Source: Octopus vulgaris
Taxonomy: Eukaryota
Reading direction: 5' to 3'
DNA length: 64,000 nt
Assembly (NCBI GenBank): GCA_951406725.2
Contig: OX597830.1
Location: 67,642,001 to 67,706,000, forward strand
Below the pieces are notes generated by a model, which saw only the letters and a program-made list of their open reading frames with translations, searched no databases and was not told the DNA's origin. Below, one piece after another: positions 43,095 to 50,778 of the stretch (position 1 is its first letter; the number at the start of each line of letters is the position of its first letter). The position numbers were made by a program, and so were the translations under genes.

Positions 43095-46000
43095 CGCATT
43101 AAATATGTACATATATACTCATTATATATACATGTCTACACACAACTTTCAATAGGAACATGCTCAGCATTGGTAGTATAAATGTACATGGCTTGGGGTC
43201 ACCTTGGAAACAAGGCTACCTGTTAAACGACATCAAGTCACAAAATCTGCAGACCAGACTCTATCAGCGAAACCAGACTCCACAGCCTGCGGGCATTCCA
43301 GCACATGTTCGGCAGATATTTCAACATTTTTCTACATGTCTACCGAGAATGGGCAGAGGTGGCACCACGGTGCTTCTTCGGAAGTGTCTGGACCTCAAAA
43401 TAAGAGCAATTTTCCTAGACCCGGAGGGTAGGCTGGTTGTTTGGATGTCAATGGCAGCAATGGGTGTGCTTTTTGACCGATTACAGTTTATGCACCATTC
43501 TTAACAGGCCGGCCAGATTTCTTTTGACGTCTAGAGGTTTTCCTGGGTACGTCTCAACCTTTACTTTTACTGAGGGATTGGAACACTGCTTCAAAGACCC
43601 GCTCAGATGTTTTCAACTGTTTGGGAGGTACTGACTGGACCACCCGAATGTGCCGATGTGGACATGGAACAAACACATTGGGTCATCCAGATTGTACTTA
43701 GAATATTCTGCAGGACAGTGGATAAAGATAGTGTAGGTTGTCCACAATTCCATATAGTCAGCTACACAGACCACAAACTTGTGACTTGTACACTTGACTT
43801 AGTTAAGACATATAGGGAAGGTCCCAGTTACTGGAAGCTGAACATGTCATTCACAGCACACCAGGCTTACAGGAACTGGATTAGCACATTAGTTAACTGG
43901 TGCCATCATCAACAACAGATGGTGGTATGCCCTAAAGAAAGCAATTAAAGCAAAATCAGTGAGGTACAATAAGGCCCTAGCATTAGACTGAAATAGAATA
44001 GAGGGAGAGAGAGTTAGTTAAGAAAATAGAAGAGGCACTTAGATCTGGCATCACATCCAATGTACTGGCAGTGAGGTTGGTCCCCAACCAACACTTCAAC
44101 ACCAAACACGAAGGATACATTGTTAGAGCTAGGATGCATGCTTTGAGGAATAAAGGAGTTGGAGCCACCCAAGAGGCCCAAGTGGCGGAGGTGCAACAAG
44201 GCAACAGAGCCACCATTAGGTCACTTACAGATGAAGAGGGGCGTGAATTACTTGAGCCTGAAAAGATGTGTGAGGCCTTTCAACAACACTTTGCCCGACT
44301 GTTCAGGACAACTGGTGGGTCAGAATGCAGAGTGTTCCGTAGTACCTACCTTCGTGGCCTGCCACGACTCTCAGCAAGAGAGGCAGAGTGTTGTAAAAGA
44401 CCCATCACAGCCGCAGATGTATGGGATGTGATGGTAGGCTGCGCGAGAGACAAGTCACCAGGCTTGGATGGTCTGCCCTATGAACTTTATTGCCATATGC
44501 CAGACTTGTTTGGAGGCATCTTGGTAGCTGTCTACTGCAACTGGCAGCAAAATGGGAATATCCCAGTCTTTATAAAGCAAGGAGTGGTGATCCAAACAAG
44601 GGAAACGACGTAGATAACTTCAGGTCCATCACTCTGCTCAATGCAGATTTGAAAATTTTGGCCAAGGTGTTAGCCAAGAGGTTGGCGCCTGTCATCAAGA
44701 AACTAGTCGACAAGGCACAAACGTGCGCCATGCCGGTATCCATGACAACCTCCATCTTATTTCTTTATTGCCCACAAGGGGCTAAACATAGAGAGGACAA
44801 ACAAGAGGGGTCAACCTCCATCTGATGCACTACATCATAGACAGGGTAGTTAAGGAACCTGGCATGGGTGGGGTGATGATCAATTTAGATCAATCAAAAG
44901 CTTTTGATAGGGTAGACCATCACTACTTGGAGGCTGTCCTCAAAGCGGCTGGTTTCAGTCCCGTCTTCTGTGGTTGGATCGCTACCTTATACAGCGGCAT
45001 CTGCTCGGTATTTCACATAAATGGTCATCTATCCAGATCATTTAACATCATGCGTTTGGTTCATCAAGGTAGCCCCCTCTCATTGTTGCTGAATATTTTG
45101 ACTCTTCAGCCACTACCATGGAAGCTGGTAATGCCGAGGGGCATGCTATGAGAGCTGGGATGTGAGAAGAGCGTGTCTGCATATGTGGACGACGTCACCA
45201 TCATAATGTCAAGCCACAAGGATATCGACCTGTACGGAGAGACACTAAAAGAACATGAAGCGGTAATGGGAGCAAAAATTAATCGAGAAAAGTCAGTGGG
45301 CTTGCGGCTCGGCACCTGGAGAAGCAAGCCCAAGGCATCCAACAGTGTCTCCATCGTTGGACGCTTGACCAACAGACCGGTTCAATTTCTCAGGGTCTGA
45401 TTCGGTCCAGATTTTCAAATGGAGAAGAACTGGGGCGAAATAATGACTAGAGTGGCCTAAAAGGTCGCATACATCACATCCGTCATCGATTACCATCTGA
45501 CCATCGTGTCTTGTCCCAACCCTACCATCACCAAACTGGAACGCATACTCTTCCATTTTTTGTGGAAGGGAAGCGTTCCAATGGTTAGGCAGTCCATTGC
45601 TGTCAACACCCGCTAAATGGAGGCCTAGGCATGAGGTAGTTGATAATGCGCTGAGACTGTGTCATCTCCGGCCCTTCATAGACGACGGTAAACAGGTGTG
45701 GTCGCCGTTTGTGTGGTGTGCTTTCCTGCAGCTCATTTCCTTGGCTGAACTGCAGTTGTGGAATAGACAGAGACCGAGGCTAGGTGAATGGGACTGCGAG
45801 TGTCGCGTTGCTGTCAAGCAACTCTGCCGTCCGGGACCAAACTTGTGTGACTTCATTACAACAAAGGCATTCTATAGAGGATTAGTGGAGGGAGATGCAA
45901 TGACATTCTCAGGCAGAATCTGGGTGTTGATAAGGAACACCTGACCTGCCTGTTCAGGACAACTTTCGGGCCAGGACCTATGGATTATCACCAAAGATCC

Positions 46001-46516
46001 CTGGCCTGGCAGTGCTATCGAAAAGCATTACCTGTTCGGGATAAGCTCTACAGGCACGGTTCGAGACACACTGGACCGACTTGCCCGAGATGCAGTCAGA
46101 GTGATGAAACCATTCTGCACGCACTCATGCAGTCTCTAACCATTTTGGACCTGTGGGCTTATGCCAAATGGCTGTTTTCGTGTGTGAGACGAGTCCACCT
46201 GTCGGCCGAGTCTATCGTAATAACTGCTCCACCATCTTCCCTCAACTTGGAAGGCAAGACAGTCTTCATCATACTGGTGGCCATGGTGAAAGAAAGTGTG
46301 TGGCAGACTCGAGCGAAAGGATTAGAGACAAACACTTACCTCTCTGGCCAATCGCTCATCAACTTTTTCAAGTACCACTTGAAAAGGAAGGTGAGAATGG
46401 AGAGGCAGGTTTTGTCTTGTGAAAGTTTCAAAAAGAAGGTGGGTGAACGTAGCAAAGATGGTGCATGTGAGTGACGAAACCACTTTGAGCATGATCCTGT
46501 AAATCGAAAACAGAGA

Positions 46517-46566
<50 letters not shown>

Positions 46567-49376
46567 ACTTTGCTCTCATTTGTTTATTCCCTCCCTGCCT
46601 GAGGATACCGTGGTCTTTTCCATAGGCTTTTCTTTCCACTGATAAACATAATCTTGCTTTTCAGATTTTTAAAATTCTTCTGTGATACACGATCACTTTT
46701 GACCGTCTTTATCTCCCACCGATGCCTTTTGATCAGAATTTTACATTTTTTCTCAATTTTTCCATTTTTCTTTTCCATTTTCAAAAAGAAAAGCTTTACA
46801 TTTGTATTTGTCCCCTCTCCGTTCAGCCCTGTGGGGCCAAAAAAGAAAGTTATCTATCTATCTATCTGTCTGTCTTTCTGGCTGTCTGCCTGCCTGCCTG
46901 TCTGTATGTATGTCTATCAGTCAATCAATCAATCTATCTATTTTCTCTCTCTCTTCTCTGACTCTATCTCTCTCTTCCTCCCTCTTTCTCCCTCCATCAT
47001 TCTTTCATGTCCTCACTCTCTCTGCCCTTCTCACACTGTTTATGAATATAATTAAAATCATTATTAGTAGAAATTATGAATTTCCCACAGAGTTCACAAA
47101 CCAGTTCGAACTTCTGTTAATTTGCATAAGTCTTTTCTTCATATAATAGAGAAAGAACTCAACATCACAGAATCTAATTTCTTTCACCAATAAAATTGTG
47201 TGTGATTGTTAAAATTGTTAATAGCTGTGTTAAGAGAAATAAGTGTAGAGAGATGATGGATATTAAAGGATAACCAAATTTTGGATTTTTTAAATGTTTT
47301 ATTAATTTTTTTCTGCTATTTGCAAACAGTACCAGTGAGCTAATCGGGTAGAATTTGGAAGAGTAGCAATTTAGTATATTTCAAACATATATAAAATGAG
47401 GTATATAGAAATCAATAAAAAAAACTGATATTCTTTGTTATCTCCCTTACTTATAGTTTTTGGGGTGCCACTGTCTACTAAAGAAATTTTTGTCTACTAA
47501 TTACTTGGATAATCGCAGCTTACAATATACCATAACTGAAACCCTGCTATATATATATGTACTTATATATTATCAAATTTAGGGACATATATCATGCATT
47601 ACCTGTCTTCCTCCGAGCTGTCCTTATCGTCTTTCTGAAATTAAAAGAAATGATATTGAATGTTAGAAGGAATGACAGAATTCCAACTTGTTACAACAGA
47701 TTATACTGAGAGAAGACCTTACTGAATATAAATAGTACAAGAGGTGAGAGTAGTGACAATTATCTGATGGAGACTATGTAATCCATATTATCACAGATAC
47801 ACATGATTTTTTTTTTCTTATTTATAGTTTTAGCATGGTACACTGGTTTTGACATAGGATTTGAATGGAAGAAATCTTTTAACTAAAAACAGTGTCAAAT
47901 GATGATATGAGAATTTTTATTTAATCAATTTAAACTTTTGTGTAAAATTCAACGTCATATGAGACTTAGAAATGTATACAATACCCCACAACTAGCTTTA
48001 AATTGACTAAAAAGAAGAGACGAAAGTGTGTAAATAGAGAACAATTAAAAGGTCATGTTACTGAATAGACATTTAATTTGCATGTATTGGACGATCTTTT
48101 ATTTGACGTACCTTGAAAGAAAATTGCACCTACAGCCCTGATTAACATTTTAAAATCAAAATTCCAAACAACCTCTCTCTCACATTGATAATAATTGCAA
48201 CTGGAACAAATCATTCGATAAGGCATCTGAATGATTCCCAGAAGAACAGAATCATGATTCTATATAATATATTCCTGACAGAATATAGCTGAAACAAATA
48301 TTGAGCAGTCAAAGTCCTTGTTTGGTAACTTTGCTCTGTATCTGATTCCTTTCATGCATTGGCAGATCTTGATGAGATACTAGAGATATATAGAGATATA
48401 CATTTCACCTTAATTTACATAAAATTTAGATCTCTATACAGATAACATGAATTATTTAGTCATATTCCAATGAAAAGCACAAAGAAACATTCAGTAAACC
48501 TATCAAGAAAATATTCCAAGACTGATGGTTACTAAAGCAACGTTAAAGCTTCACCATCTCTGACGACCTCTCGTAACAAACAGAAATGTATTTCTGCCAT
48601 TATTGGTGCAGCTTTATAATACTCATTATGAAGCAGTATAACACAGAAAATAATAATCACCGAATTTCTACGATGTGGTAGAGGCCTACAATACAGGAGT
48701 TATGAAAAGTATTATACACTAGCATACCTATGTCCTCAAAAATGCAGGCAACTTTATTAATGATACAAAATGGCACATGAGTGCAGGGGGAGAAAACATA
48801 TAAGTGTATATATATATATATATATATAAAGAGGTATGTTATAAGGTATTTCTCCAAATGTTTACTGTTTTCCTTATAATTTTTGAAAACCTGATTAAAT
48901 TTGATGATTAGTATATAAATTCTGTTATGATTCTTATTAGATAAGAATTTAGAGATATATTCCATTGGTTTATTTCAAATAGATAACCCTTAAGCATGTA
49001 GGTTTCCTGGAGTTTTAACATAAATTAATAATTAAAATAATAATGATAATAATATAAGCAAAAATAAAAGATGAGTACCATTGTTATCAAGTGAACGATA
49101 GTTTGACATCTCGTGAGACTTCAACAGGTCCAAATAATAATTTTGTCAATCTACTTCATTTTGGTGAATATATAAAGGATTGAGGTACCTCCCCCAGATA
49201 TAGAAACAAAATAAAAGAAGAGTGTCATTGTCATCAAGTCACAAGATGTCGAAATATCCTTCACTTGATGACAATGGCACTCTTTTATTTTTGCTTCTAT
49301 ATCTAAAGGAGTTACCTCAATCCTTTCATCATCATCATCATCATCATCGTTAATAATAATAATAATAATAATAATA

Positions 49377-49424
<48 letters not shown>

Positions 49425-50740
49425 AAGGAGTATGAAGTAGCATTTCATGAATTTTAAGTTTCGTTTTGATTTAAATGCAACTGAATATTGACCTACACAA
49501 GTTTCCATTACATTGGTTAGTAACCATTGTAATTGTAACTTTACTGTAATACTGGTGCAGTTTCTTGAAGGTCTTCATTGTGATATCCTTTCTGATCGAA
49601 CTGGTGAAAGTTTCATGTTAATTTTAGTATTACATAAAATAAAGTGGTGTTAAACGTTAATTCAGATGTAAACTTTATTTTGAATTCAAAGAATTGATTG
49701 GATAAATTCTCGTTTGTTTCTTAGAGTCAGTTATTTCAAAATATATCATTCGATTGATTATATTACGATTGATTATTTAGCACTTATTTATATTGTGTAA
49801 AATTAATTTCCCTTCTTATGTAAACATCTTAATTTTTGTTCGTGTCTAAAATTTATTACATTATACTTTTTGATAAAATTCTTCTATGCACAGGTTTTAT
49901 TTATTTGTCCCTGGTCTATAAGCAGTACTAATTACTTCTCTAGATTGCTAGGCCTTTACAGTTCCAGGCTTGACAAGCTACCACTAAAATGGAAAAAGTG
50001 TATTGACAATATAGGTGCATACCTTGATGAATAAAACTATTCCTTGTATTTATAAAACATGAGCAAACTTTTTTCTTTTCTACAAATTTCATCCTTTATG
50101 ACCTAATAGAAGCATTTTGTACCAACGTGAGGAAATATATGAAAATATTCACAAAGAGGATATGCAAAGTTCATTTTACACAATCCAGTGATGAAATTCT
50201 CAACAATTCAATTATCACAATTTATGAAAGCAACAAAAATAAATCATAATTTAAAAGTTAAAAAAAGACTTACTCTTTTTAGTAGCTCAAAATATTCATC
50301 AAGTAAGTCACTGCAAAATATGTAAATGTGAAAATTTCAGATTAGTAAAGTGAATCTGTCATTATGAGGCTAGAGTCTAATATTTCAGTCTTTATCTTTT
50401 AACTGAAAGAAAGAATGAAATGGAATCAAGAAAATGGAAGTGAAACTAAAATTTAAGGAATTGTATGGCAGCTGAAAAGTTATACCCAGTGAGAGTGATT
50501 GGATCAGAGAAGAAAGGTGAGAGGTGAACAAGGAGTAAAGGAAACTAAGAAATTAAGGCAGTAGTTTGAAAAAAGCAATTTCTCAAAGAAAGATAAGTAG
50601 GAATATACTGAAAATTGTAAGAGTGGGAGAAAAGATGGAGAAACTATTTGTGAGAGAGGCTAGTAACAAATAAGAGGAACCATACTTTAAAAATAGATTT
50701 ATTCACACACACACACACACACATTAAAATTAGATTTATT

Positions 50741-50778
<38 letters not shown>

